NCBI GenBank assembly: GCA_028288925.1
Contig: JAQGHG010000026.1
Span: 22,013 to 86,012 of the forward strand
Length of the DNA: 64,000 nt
Source: Patescibacteria group bacterium
GTDB lineage: Bacteria; Patescibacteriota; Saccharimonadia; UBA4664
Direction: 5' to 3'
Below the pieces are notes generated by a model, which was given only the letters and a program-made list of their open reading frames with translations, was not told the DNA's origin and made no database searches. Both the position numbers and the translations under genes were made by a program. Of the stretch, positions 28,561 to 37,575 are shown one piece after another. Position 1 is the stretch's first letter. Every line of letters begins with the position of its first letter.

Positions 28561-30071
28561 TGAATATCGTCGACCTGCTGCTCGACCGCGTCACCATGTA
28601 CCGCCTGATGCTGTACTACCTGCTCGCGTTGCTGGGCGCCGCAATGCTCCTAGGCGCTGTGGGGTACGCGGCGTACAACCCGGTGGCCGTCACGCTGTCG
28701 GCTGGGTACCTTACTCTAGTATGCTGGGCCGCGAACAAGGCATTTGCCTACATTCTGAAAGTGCCGGTAAACCCGGAGTCGTCGCTCATCACCGCTCTCA
28801 TCCTGGCTCTCATCATCACGCCGCCGACTCACCTCCAGGGCTACATATTCCTGACGGCCGCCGCTGGTTTGGCGATCGCGTCCAAGTATTTGCTAACCAT
28901 TCGCAATCATAATATCTTCAACCCGGCCGCCATCGCGGTCGCTTTAACGTCGCTCGGCGCCGGCGAATCCGCTAGCTGGTGGGTGGGCAGCGCCGTACTC
29001 TTGCCCTTCGTGATAGTTGGCGGGGTACTGGTGGCGCGCAAAATCCGCCGTGGCCAGCTGGTGGCGAGTTTTCTGGTGGTTTCATTGGTGATGGTGGCCG
29101 TCATCGCCGCGATGAGCGGCGGCAACGTTGCCGTTACGCTCCAGAAGATGCTCCTCAACTCTTCGCTATTCTTCTTTTCCTTCGTGATGCTCACCGAGCC
29201 CCTCACCGCGCCCACTACCCTGGTCAAGCAGCGATGGTATGGCGCCTTGGCCGGGCTGCTCTTCCCTCCGCAGATACACATCCTGAGCCTCTATTCCACG
29301 CCGGAGCTGGTGCTGGTCGTGAGCAATCTGGCTTCGTACCTAATGGAGCGAAAATCCCGGCTCGTGTTGCGTCTTTCTAACATCCAAAAGACCGGCCCCA
29401 ACCTTGCCGACTTCATCTTTACCCCAAGCCACAAACCAGCGTATCTTCCCGGTCAATACATGGAGTGGACGCTACCGCATGCCAAGCCCGACGATCGCGG
29501 CAGCCGCCGGTACTTCACCCTAGCATCCTCGCCCACCGAAGATAATCTCCGGATTGGAGTAAAGTTCTATCCCAAAGGCAGCAGCTACAAACAAGCCTTA
29601 CTAAAGCTTGATGCCGGTACGGCGGTAGCGGCCGGCCAGCTCGGCGGCGACTTCGTGCTGCCCAAGGATCCGGCCGAGAAGCTCGCCTTCATCGCCGGCG
29701 GCATTGGCGTCACACCATACCGGAGCATGATGAAATACCTGCTCGACACACGTCAGGAGCGTGACATCACGCTCCTGTACGCGGCCCACACCAGCGGCGA
29801 GCTGGCCTACACCGATGTCTTCGCGGCCGCCCGGCAACAATTTGGCGCAAACGTAGTCTACGTACTCGACGCCCCCGGCACCTTATCCGAAGCCGCCCGC
29901 CAGGGACCCATCACCACGGCCCTCATAAAGGCCGAAATACCGGACTTCCGAGAACGCGTTTTCTTCGTCTCCGGCCCCCGCCCCATGGTGACGGCTACGG
30001 TAGCCGCGCTCAAAACCATAGGGGTCCACGCTAGCCGTATCAAGACTGATTTCTTCCCTGGATACGCCTAG
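28560..30071 (+). CDS. Membrane oxidoreductase: NqrB/RnfD-like TM domain (HNIFNPA) fused to FAD/NAD(P)H-binding ferredoxin-reductase-type module
   Basis: RNHNIFNPAAIA motif as in NqrB/RnfD. C-terminal RRYFTLASSP (FAD RxY[ST]) and GGIGVTPY (NAD(P)H). Confidence 0.6.
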   Translation: MNIVDLLLDRVTMYRLMLYYLLALLGAAMLLGAVGYAAYNPVAVTLSAGYLTLVCWAANKAFAYILKVPVNPESSLITALILALIITPPTHLQGYIFLTAAAGLAIASKYLLTIRNHNIFNPAAIAVALTSLGAGESASWWVGSAVLLPFVIVGGVLVARKIRRGQLVASFLVVSLVMVAVIAAMSGGNVAVTLQKMLLNSSLFFFSFVMLTEPLTAPTTLVKQRWYGALAGLLFPPQIHILSLYSTPELVLVVSNLASYLMERKSRLVLRLSNIQKTGPNLADFIFTPSHKPAYLPGQYMEWTLPHAKPDDRGSRRYFTLASSPTEDNLRIGVKFYPKGSSYKQALLKLDAGTAVAAGQLGGDFVLPKDPAEKLAFIAGGIGVTPYRSMMKYLLDTRQERDITLLYAAHTSGELAYTDVFAAARQQFGANVVYVLDAPGTLSEAARQGPITTALIKAEIPDFRERVFFVSGPRPMVTATVAALKTIGVHASRIKTDFFPGYA

Positions 30072-30106
30072 GTATATCTAACCGGGCGGCGGCGTGAAAG
30101 ATCTCG

Positions 30107-30304
30107 CTACGTGAAAAACTTCATCAGCGTGGGCGCCAAGACTTCCGGTTTGAGTATATGGGTCTGGCCTTCCAATGTCTGGTGCTGGGCGCGGGGCAAT
30201 ACCTCCGCCAATGCCCGCATCGCCTGGCTCATCCAGGCCGGACTCTCGCCGCCGTTCATCACTCGCGAAACTACGATCTCCCGTTCCTTCAGATCCTCAG
30301 CCAT
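30107..30304 (-). pseudogene. Remnant C-terminus of an alpha/beta hydrolase (paralogous to the C-terminus of the 46014-46784 protein)
   Basis: 65-aa peptide ...EVLPRAQHQTLEGQTHILKPEVLAPTLMKFFT aligns with ...GVLPNAARQVLEGQSHNIKPAALAPALSKFFK. Confidence 0.4.
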
Positions 30305-30305
30305 A

Positions 30306-30590
30306 CTATTGCTCCTTATTCAGGTAAAATTCCAGATACCGCGCCGCGCCCTTGATAGCCACCGGCGATGCCTGCACAAATTGCTGCTTGCCCTGCCGGC
30401 GCTTGATGACGAGCTTAGCCTTCTCCAAAATCTTGAGATGCTTCGACACCGCCGCCAGCGACAAGTTGTACGGCTGGGCGATTTCGCTAACCGAAAGCTC
30501 CACACCGGCCACGCGGCGCAGAATGTCACGACGGGTCGGGTCGGCCAACGACCCAAAGATGGAATCAAGCTGTAATGAATATTCAATCAT
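30306..30590 (-). CDS. ArsR/SmtB-family HTH transcriptional regulator
   Basis: LADPTRRDILRRV...SVSEIAQPYNLSLAAVSKHLKILEKAKLV. Confidence 0.75.
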   Translation of the reverse strand: MIEYSLQLDSIFGSLADPTRRDILRRVAGVELSVSEIAQPYNLSLAAVSKHLKILEKAKLVIKRRQGKQQFVQASPVAIKGAARYLEFYLNKEQ

Positions 30591-30623
30591 ATGGTTAAAT
30601 GATAGGGCGCGAACCCCGGCGCA

Positions 30624-33029
30624 TCAAATATTATCCAAGATTTCGGCTAAATCAACACCCCTACCCATCACCGGCTTCCACAAATCGCCAACCTCAGCCA
30701 CCCGCTTGGCCATATTCTTAATCGTAAACTGGCCCGGGTCGAGCTTCGGCGTCACCTCGTCCCAGCGCAGGGGAGCGGAGACGGTGGCATCGGGCATCGG
30801 CCGCGCACTGTACGGCGCCGCCAAGGTTTGGCCTTCGCGGTTCTGCAGGAAGTCCACATAAATCTTGTGCGGGCGCTTGGCCGGCATGCGCTCAACACTG
30901 GTGAGCTTGGGCTGGCGTTTATGAACTTCCACCGCCAGCAAATGTGCGAAATCCTTGGCCTGGTCGTGCGTGTACTTGGCCCCCAGCGGAATATAAATAT
31001 GAATACCCGTCTTGCCCGACGTCTTGGGATAGCACGGCACCTTCCAATCGTCGCACACCTGCTGCACGGTCAGCGCCACCGTCACCACATCCTGGAATGT
31101 CACGCCTTCCGGGTCCAGATCGATCACCGCCCAATCCGGCCTATCTAAGTGTCGCACGCGGGAGTTCCACGGATTAATCTCGATACTCCCGAGCTGCACG
31201 GCATACAGCAGCGTCTCCAGCGTGCCGCCCACCATCCAGTGCAGCGTCTCACCCGTAGAATCGGAATAAATATCCACCGCCGGCGCCCAATCGGGCAAAT
31301 GCTCCATATTTTTCTGGAAAAATCCTTTGTCACCCACGCCGCCGGGCTGGCGCAGCAGCGAGAGGGGACGGTCTTTGAGGTAGGGCAGTATGTACGGCGC
31401 CATCGTCCGGTAATACTCGATCAGATCGCCTTTGGTGTAGCCGTGCTTAGGGAAGAATACTTTGTCGAGATGGGTGAATGTTGGGGTCACAATAGTCTCC
31501 TTGGCGATTTCGCGATGAACATCTCGCGGGTCTTTGTCGGCGCGCAAGCCTTCGTACACCGGATGGCGCATCGAGCCGTCGGAAGTCCACTCGGCGAAGC
31601 TCATCTCGGCCACCACCTCCGGCCGCGTCCAATGCACCGGCGCGTTGGGACGGGGCTCTTCGCGGAAGGGCGAAGTTTTGCGCTCCAGCTTCTCCAGCCG
31701 GTCGCGCAAGGTTCGCCGCTGCTCGTCCGCAATCCCGCCGCCCGAGTGGCCCACGTACACCAGCTCGTCGCCCTCATACGCGCCGAGCAGCAGCGAGCCG
31801 AGGTACTCGCGCCCGCCGCGCGGTTCGGTAAACCCGCCGATCACCACCTCTTGGCGCAGGTGAGTTTTGGCCTTGAGCCAATCGTTGCCGCGGCGGTCTT
31901 CGCGGTACGGGCTGTCGGCGCGCTTGGCCACCACGCCCTCCAGGCCCTGCGCGCGCATACGCTCAAACAGCGCCTCGCCCTCGGTGGCGATGTGGTCGCT
32001 GTAGCGGATCGGGCCATCGGCCGGTACCAGTGCGGCCAGTAGCTGCTTGCGTTCGTGCAGCGGCATGCTCCGCAGATCGCGGCCGTCGCACCACAGCAGG
32101 TCAAACACGTAGTAGGCCAGCACCCCCCGCGGATTTTGCCGCCACTGCTGCAGCCACTCGAAGTGCGGCCGGCCGGCCTCATCGAGCACCACGATCTCGC
32201 CGTCCACGACCACGTCGTGCCCAAACGCCTGCAACGCCTCGTGCACCGGCGGGTAATGCGTGCTGAAATCCTGGCCGGTGCGCGAGTACAGCCGCGTCTG
32301 GCTGCCGTGCTTGCTAGCGACCGCCCGGTAGCCGTCCCACTTGATCTCAAACAGCCAGCCCTCGCGCTCAAACGGCTGCTCCACCAACGTACACAGCATG
32401 GGATTGACCCGCCACGGCTCAGGCCGCTCCGGGTACGCCGAAAGATCCGGCAGCTTGTTGTGCGCGCCTAGCTCATCGACCTTTTTGCCGCTGCGCACCG
32501 ACCCGTCCTGCTCGGTCACGCTCGCCTTGGTGGCGTATTCGTCACCTTTCTTTACCAGTAGCCAGGCCTTATCGTCCGGCCCGTGCATCTTGATGAGCGC
32601 GAACTCGCCCCGCAGCTTTGTACCGTGCAGAATAAACGTGACATGCCCCTCGGCCAACCCCTTGCGCAGCTCCGCCGCCGGATCATCACTCGCCTGGCGG
32701 GGTTCATACGTCCCCTCGTCCCAAATAATTACATTCCCTGCGCCATAGCTCCCCTCCGGAATTACACCCTCAAACTTCCGGTACTCGTAGGGGTGATCCT
32801 CCGTCATCACGGCCAAATGCCGGTCCTGCGGATTCATCGACGGCCCCTTGGGCACCGCCCAGCTCTTGAGTACGCCGTCCAGCTCCAGCCGGAAGTCATA
32901 ATGCAGGCTCGAAGCGTGATGCTCCTGCACCACAAACGCCAACGGCCCCTTGCCGGAGCGCTTTACCTGGCCCTTCGGTTCGGGCGTGCGGTCAAACTGC
33001 CGCTTGGCGTGATAATGCTCCAGGCTCAT
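30624..33029 (-). CDS. ligD: Multidomain ATP-dependent DNA ligase D (phosphoesterase - ligase - polymerase/primase)
   Basis: N-terminal KRQFDRTPEP phosphoesterase motif, ligase KxDG (EIKWDGYR), C-terminal LigD-Pol domain. 801 aa. Confidence 0.85.
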   Translation of the reverse strand: MSLEHYHAKRQFDRTPEPKGQVKRSGKGPLAFVVQEHHASSLHYDFRLELDGVLKSWAVPKGPSMNPQDRHLAVMTEDHPYEYRKFEGVIPEGSYGAGNVIIWDEGTYEPRQASDDPAAELRKGLAEGHVTFILHGTKLRGEFALIKMHGPDDKAWLLVKKGDEYATKASVTEQDGSVRSGKKVDELGAHNKLPDLSAYPERPEPWRVNPMLCTLVEQPFEREGWLFEIKWDGYRAVASKHGSQTRLYSRTGQDFSTHYPPVHEALQAFGHDVVVDGEIVVLDEAGRPHFEWLQQWRQNPRGVLAYYVFDLLWCDGRDLRSMPLHERKQLLAALVPADGPIRYSDHIATEGEALFERMRAQGLEGVVAKRADSPYREDRRGNDWLKAKTHLRQEVVIGGFTEPRGGREYLGSLLLGAYEGDELVYVGHSGGGIADEQRRTLRDRLEKLERKTSPFREEPRPNAPVHWTRPEVVAEMSFAEWTSDGSMRHPVYEGLRADKDPRDVHREIAKETIVTPTFTHLDKVFFPKHGYTKGDLIEYYRTMAPYILPYLKDRPLSLLRQPGGVGDKGFFQKNMEHLPDWAPAVDIYSDSTGETLHWMVGGTLETLLYAVQLGSIEINPWNSRVRHLDRPDWAVIDLDPEGVTFQDVVTVALTVQQVCDDWKVPCYPKTSGKTGIHIYIPLGAKYTHDQAKDFAHLLAVEVHKRQPKLTSVERMPAKRPHKIYVDFLQNREGQTLAAPYSARPMPDATVSAPLRWDEVTPKLDPGQFTIKNMAKRVAEVGDLWKPVMGRGVDLAEILDNI

Positions 33030-33031
33030 GG

Positions 33032-33802
33032 CTACTCCTTGGCGAGGCTAGCTTTGAGCGCGCTCATCAGATCGTCGGCCGTAGCCTGCGGTTCATGCTT
33101 GTGCTTCTTTGCCACCGGCTTCTCACCCTTAATCTTAGCCTTGATGCGCTCCTCTAGCTCCTGTGCATACACATCGGCGAAATCCTCAGGCATGAATGGC
33201 TTCGTCTCTTGCTTGATCAGCTTGAGCGCCACTTCCAGCTCGCGGTCAGTTACCTGTTTGTCGGTCGGTACGCCCAGATCGCTGCCGGACCGTAAATCGC
33301 TCGGATACCGCATTTGCTCCAGCACCAGCAAGCGCCCCACCGGCTTAATCACCGCCAAATGCTCGCGTTCGTGCATCACGTATTTGGCCAGCGCCAGCAT
33401 GGCCGATTTCTTCAACGCCTCGCGCAGCAAAGCGTAGGCCTTTTCGCCACCCTTCACCGGCTCCAAATAATACGGCTTATCGAAGTAGCGGATGTCGATA
33501 TCACCTTCTTTCACGAACTGCTGGATATCCACCGTCGAAGACTTTTCGGCTGCCAATTCATCAAGCTGCTCGGGCGTAAACACTACGTATTTATCGTCCT
33601 CATACTCATAGCCCTTCACGATATCGTCCCAATCCACCTCTTTGCCCTCGTCGCGGCAAATGTGCGCGTACCGGATAGGGGAGTGGTCGTCCTTGTGCAG
33701 CATGTGGAACTCAATACCCTCACGAGTCTCCACGGCGCTAAACATCCGCACCGGGATGTTCACCAAGCCAAAACTAATCGAGCCGTTCCATATTGGTCGC
33801 AT
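33032..33802 (-). CDS. ku: Ku protein (NHEJ DNA-end binding)
   Basis: MRPIWNGSISFGLVNIPVRMFSA N-terminus typical of bacterial Ku. 3-nt gap to ligD. Confidence 0.85.
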   Translation of the reverse strand: MRPIWNGSISFGLVNIPVRMFSAVETREGIEFHMLHKDDHSPIRYAHICRDEGKEVDWDDIVKGYEYEDDKYVVFTPEQLDELAAEKSSTVDIQQFVKEGDIDIRYFDKPYYLEPVKGGEKAYALLREALKKSAMLALAKYVMHEREHLAVIKPVGRLLVLEQMRYPSDLRSGSDLGVPTDKQVTDRELEVALKLIKQETKPFMPEDFADVYAQELEERIKAKIKGEKPVAKKHKHEPQATADDLMSALKASLAKE

Positions 33803-33850
33803 ATGGTTCTAGTATAGGGGATTTTTGGCGATTTTGGTCAGATTATCGCG

Positions 33851-34660
33851 CTACTTCGTGGTCTTGTGCCGGAATAAATAAGACGCTAACGGTATCGCCA
33901 CGATCAGCACGCCGACGCACCAGGCCGCGGCCAGCCAGCCGTGATCGCCGATCGGGCGGTGCAGAATGAGCGCGCGGACGGCCTCGATGATGTGCGTAAT
34001 AGGCTGGTTTTCGGCGAATAGCTTGAGGTACTTGTTCATGCTATCGGTCGGCGCGAAGGCCGAGCTGGCGAACGTCAGCGGGAAGACGATGATAAACGAC
34101 AGCCACTGCACACCCTCCACGCTATCGGCCAGCACACCCATAATGGCCGACAGCCACGAAAAGGTGAGGGTAAAGAGCGCCAAAATGCCGGCGATCAACA
34201 GCCAGTCGGTCAGGCTGGCGCTCGACCGGAAGCCCATCACCACGCCCGCCAGCAGCATAATGACGGTCGAAAAACCGTTGCGGAACAAGTCGGAGACGAC
34301 GTGGCCGTTCAGCACCGCCAGGTTCGACATCGGCAGCGACCGGAAGCGGTCGACGATGCCCTTCTGCATATCGTTGCAAATGGCGATGGCCGTGGTGCTC
34401 GAGCCAAACGCCAGCGTCTGCACGATGATGCCGGCCAGCAGGAAGTTTAGATAACTCACGCCGGGCGGCAAGGCCTTGGAGATCGCACCGCCAAACACCG
34501 AAGCAAACAGCACCAGGAACATAATCGGCTGGAAGAACGTGCCCAGCAGCTGGTCGCGGTTGCGCAGGATGTGCATGCTGCTGCGCTTGATCATGATCAG
34601 CGAATCGAGCGCCGCCAGCGCCCACTTGGGCTGTTTGCTAAATACGAGTTCTGTCGCCAT
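33851..34660 (-). CDS. ABC-2 type transporter permease
   Basis: 6 TM helices, ABC-2 family layout. Translationally coupled to upstream ATPase. Confidence 0.7.
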   Translation of the reverse strand: MATELVFSKQPKWALAALDSLIMIKRSSMHILRNRDQLLGTFFQPIMFLVLFASVFGGAISKALPPGVSYLNFLLAGIIVQTLAFGSSTTAIAICNDMQKGIVDRFRSLPMSNLAVLNGHVVSDLFRNGFSTVIMLLAGVVMGFRSSASLTDWLLIAGILALFTLTFSWLSAIMGVLADSVEGVQWLSFIIVFPLTFASSAFAPTDSMNKYLKLFAENQPITHIIEAVRALILHRPIGDHGWLAAAWCVGVLIVAIPLASYLFRHKTTK

Positions 34661-35634
34661 TATTTGGCCTCCTTCTTCTGGTCGTTCGGTTCGGCCGCTT
34701 TTTGCTTGCCGGTAAGCGACAGGAACACATCGTCGAGTGTGGGTTTGTGTACCGCCATCGAAACGAGCTTAACATGCTCACGCTCCAGCGCCGCCAGGGT
34801 ATTCTTGACGTCAGTATTAATGTCTTGGATGACGACCGTGGCCGTATAATCCTTGGCGTTGGTGTCCACGACGGTCTTGCCAAGGGCTTTCCCGGCCTTC
34901 TCCAGGGCCGCGGTGCTCTCGAATGTCAGCTCCAGCCGGTCCTTGCCGACCTTGCTCTTGAGTTCGCCGGCGGTGCCTTCGGCGATCACCTTGCCACCGT
35001 CGATCACCACGATCCGGTCGGCCAGCTGGTCGGCCTCTTCCAGGTATTGGGTGGTGAGCAAGATGGTGGTGCCATTGGCCATCAGCCGCTTAATAATGTC
35101 CCACATAGCGATGCGCGAGCGGGGATCGAGGCCGGTGGTCGGCTCGTCCAGGAAGATGATGGGCGGAGTGGCAATCAGGCTAACGGCCAAGTCCAGCCGC
35201 CGCCGCATACCGCCCGAATAGGTTTTGGCCGGCCGCTCAGCCGCCTCAACCAGGTCGAATTCCTCGAGCAGTTCCTGCGCGCGGGCCTTGGCGCTGGCGG
35301 CCGTGAGGCGGTAGAGCTGGCCCATCATCGTCAGGTTCTCACGGCCGGTCAGCAGCTCGTCCACCGCCGCCGATTGGCCCGTCAGGCCGATCACCCGCCG
35401 CACTTCGTCGGGCTGTGTGCGCACATCGTGACCCTCGACCGTCACGGTCCCGCCGTCAAACGGCAGCAGCGTACTCAAGATCCGTACCGTGGTGGTCTTG
35501 CCCGCGCCGTTGGGCCCCAGCAGCGCCAACATCGTACCGCGTTCGACTTTTAGATTAATCCCTTTGAGAACATGGTTTTTACCATAAGATTTGGTCAAAT
35601 CCGTGGCTTCGATGGCGTAAGTAGGCTTTGTCAT
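34660..35634 (-). CDS. ABC transporter ATP-binding protein (DrrA-like)
   Basis: Walker A GPNGAGKTT, signature YSGGMRRRL, Walker B IFLDEPTTGLD. Start taken at MTKPTYAIE. Confidence 0.8.
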   Translation of the reverse strand: MTKPTYAIEATDLTKSYGKNHVLKGINLKVERGTMLALLGPNGAGKTTTVRILSTLLPFDGGTVTVEGHDVRTQPDEVRRVIGLTGQSAAVDELLTGRENLTMMGQLYRLTAASAKARAQELLEEFDLVEAAERPAKTYSGGMRRRLDLAVSLIATPPIIFLDEPTTGLDPRSRIAMWDIIKRLMANGTTILLTTQYLEEADQLADRIVVIDGGKVIAEGTAGELKSKVGKDRLELTFESTAALEKAGKALGKTVVDTNAKDYTATVVIQDINTDVKNTLAALEREHVKLVSMAVHKPTLDDVFLSLTGKQKAAEPNDQKKEAK

Positions 35635-35690
35635 CCTGCAATTATACCAGGGCCCGCTCAAATGTGAACGAACGCGCTCCGGCCTGCGCA

Positions 35691-35963
35691 TTAAACTGAG
35701 CCAAACCGCTCCGCCGCCCGCGCCCGGGCCTTGGCCGCCTCTACCTCGCGGTCGTGCGGCTCGGCATGGGTCACTAGCGAATCCAGTAGCCGGCGCGCCA
35801 CCACTGCCACATCGTCTACCGCCCGCTCAAAGGCCGCTTCATTAGCCTGCGACGGCTCGTGGAAGCCCGACAACTTGCGCACGAATTGCAGGGCGGCTCC
35901 CCGGACCTCCTCATCGGTCGCGGGCGGGTCAAAATTGAACAAGGTCTTAATATTTCGGCACAT
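35691..35963 (-). CDS. Small conserved hypothetical protein (DUF2277-like)
   Basis: MCRNIKTLFNFDPPATDEEV... pattern. Start at internal Met preferred. Confidence 0.4.
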   Translation of the reverse strand: MCRNIKTLFNFDPPATDEEVRGAALQFVRKLSGFHEPSQANEAAFERAVDDVAVVARRLLDSLVTHAEPHDREVEAAKARARAAERFGSV

Positions 35964-35990
35964 TGTGATCTCCTTTGTTAGAATAAGGGA

Positions 35991-36410
35991 ATGATTACCT
36001 ATTACACCGACGGCAGCTGTGAGCCAAATCCCGGCACAGGTGGCTTCGCCGTCATCAAAGACATGCAACCACAAGTGCTAGGCGGCGACAAAATGTCCAC
36101 CAACATCCGCATGGAAGGCCGCGCCATCATCGCCGCGCTCAAGGATGCCGCCGGCGCTCCCTGTCAAATCTACACCGATAGTGAATTCTGGATCAACGTC
36201 ATCACCAAATGGTCGCTCGGCTGGGAAAAAAATGGCTGGAAAAAGAAGGGCGGCGAGATCAAAAACCTCGATATCGTGCAAGAAGTCTGCCCGCTCTTCC
36301 GCGCCTCGCAGGCCGAGCTCATCTGGGTGCGCGGCCACAACAACGACCCCGGCAACGAGCTCGCCGACCACTGGGCCAACGAAGCCCGCAAGCAGCAGCT
36401 CGCGGGCTAA
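35991..36410 (+). CDS. rnhA: Ribonuclease HI
   Basis: YTDGSC...GGFAV N-terminal motif, ELIWVRGHNNDPGNELADHWAN C-terminal motif. Confidence 0.85.
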   Translation: MITYYTDGSCEPNPGTGGFAVIKDMQPQVLGGDKMSTNIRMEGRAIIAALKDAAGAPCQIYTDSEFWINVITKWSLGWEKNGWKKKGGEIKNLDIVQEVCPLFRASQAELIWVRGHNNDPGNELADHWANEARKQQLAG

Positions 36411-36425
36411 GCACCCGCCCGGAAG

Positions 36426-37547
36426 TTAGTTGGTCTTGAGCGCTTTGAGCATCGCCGGGAAGACGGTATTCAATTCCCGCTTCCAATATGGCCAAGTGTG
36501 GTTGCCCGGGTAGAAGTGCGACGTCACGGGTACGCCCAAGGTCTTGAGCCGGCTCACGAGCGCCCGGTTTTCCACGTTTACCTGCTTTTCGGCGGGGTCT
36601 GGCATAAAGCCACCGGCGCGCAGGGGGTCGGCTAGGCCGTCGCCGCTAGCGATGTACAAGTAATTGAGTTTGCCGAGCTGCGCCGCCTGGTCGTAAGGGT
36701 CATTGTGCTGCCAAATCGCCTTTTGGGCCGGTATATTATAGTCGCCCCAGACGCTCTTCCAATCGGCTCCGCAGCTCAGTCCGGGCAGATCCGGGCCGTC
36801 GGCGGTGCGGTCGTAGCTGTGCAGCGGGTCAATGTCCCCGCTAAACGAGGCCGCCGCTACAAACATGCCCGGGTGGTTGGCGGGCAGCTTCAAAGCCCCT
36901 AGGCCACCCATCGAATAGCCAATGACCGCGCGGGTGGCGTTGGCCCGGTAGCCCGTCTCCAAAATCTGGCGCACCTCGGAAGTCAGGTAGCTATCCCAGG
37001 CCGGCGCGCCGTGCTTGCCATTATTCCACCAGTCCGAGTAAGCGCTGCACCAGCTGGTGTCGGGTATCACAACGATGGCATTGTGCCCGGCCGACAGGCT
37101 GGCGATATTGGTCTTGGCTAGCCAATCGGAACTACTGCTGTAGCCGCCATGCAGGAGCCATAAGGTCGGCCATTTCTTGAGGCTGGTCTTGGACCATTTG
37201 GGCGGCAGAAGCAACCGCACCAGCCGGTTGGGCGCGCCGATCGAGGGGCTCTTAATGGTCAGCTCCAGGGTCCGGCTATTGGCCCAGTGCTCCGAAACCA
37301 CCCGGGCTGGATTCTTGAACGCGGCCGTGGCGGCATCGGCCTGATACTTGTATATGCTGACCGCACCCACGACTACACAAGCCAACACGATCACCAGCGC
37401 TACCAGACGGCGCGGCACTTGATCTCGCAACGTTTGTAGGGGCAGGCGCTTGGCGGAGGGATGTTTTCGCTTCATTGTTATAACCATAAGCTCATGGTTG
37501 ATTACTTGCAAACTTGAAGCGGCGGCCTCAGGCCCGTCATCATTCAA
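36426..37547 (-). CDS. Secreted esterase (esterase D / Ag85-like alpha/beta hydrolase)
   Basis: LLHGG oxyanion motif, GYSMGGLGAL nucleophile elbow. N-terminal TM/signal. Confidence 0.7.
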   Translation of the reverse strand: MNDDGPEAAASSLQVINHELMVITMKRKHPSAKRLPLQTLRDQVPRRLVALVIVLACVVVGAVSIYKYQADAATAAFKNPARVVSEHWANSRTLELTIKSPSIGAPNRLVRLLLPPKWSKTSLKKWPTLWLLHGGYSSSSDWLAKTNIASLSAGHNAIVVIPDTSWCSAYSDWWNNGKHGAPAWDSYLTSEVRQILETGYRANATRAVIGYSMGGLGALKLPANHPGMFVAAASFSGDIDPLHSYDRTADGPDLPGLSCGADWKSVWGDYNIPAQKAIWQHNDPYDQAAQLGKLNYLYIASGDGLADPLRAGGFMPDPAEKQVNVENRALVSRLKTLGVPVTSHFYPGNHTWPYWKRELNTVFPAMLKALKTN

Positions 37548-37575
37548 CTATAGCAGCCGGTCTCTCTGTCAGAAG

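Noticed and set aside
28860-28940. NPA motif (HNIFNPAAIA) as an aquaporin signature
   Set aside because: Only one NPA, and the context is a multi-TM domain fused to an FAD/NAD reductase. It fits the FNPA segment of NqrB/RnfD-like proteins much better than a major intrinsic protein.
31149-33437. Long plus-strand ORFs (31149-32042, 32055-32471, 32583-33437) overlapping ligD
   Set aside because: They lie antisense to a well-supported multidomain LigD gene in GC-rich DNA. Their Arg/Ala/Pro-rich translations are typical of spurious high-GC antisense frames.
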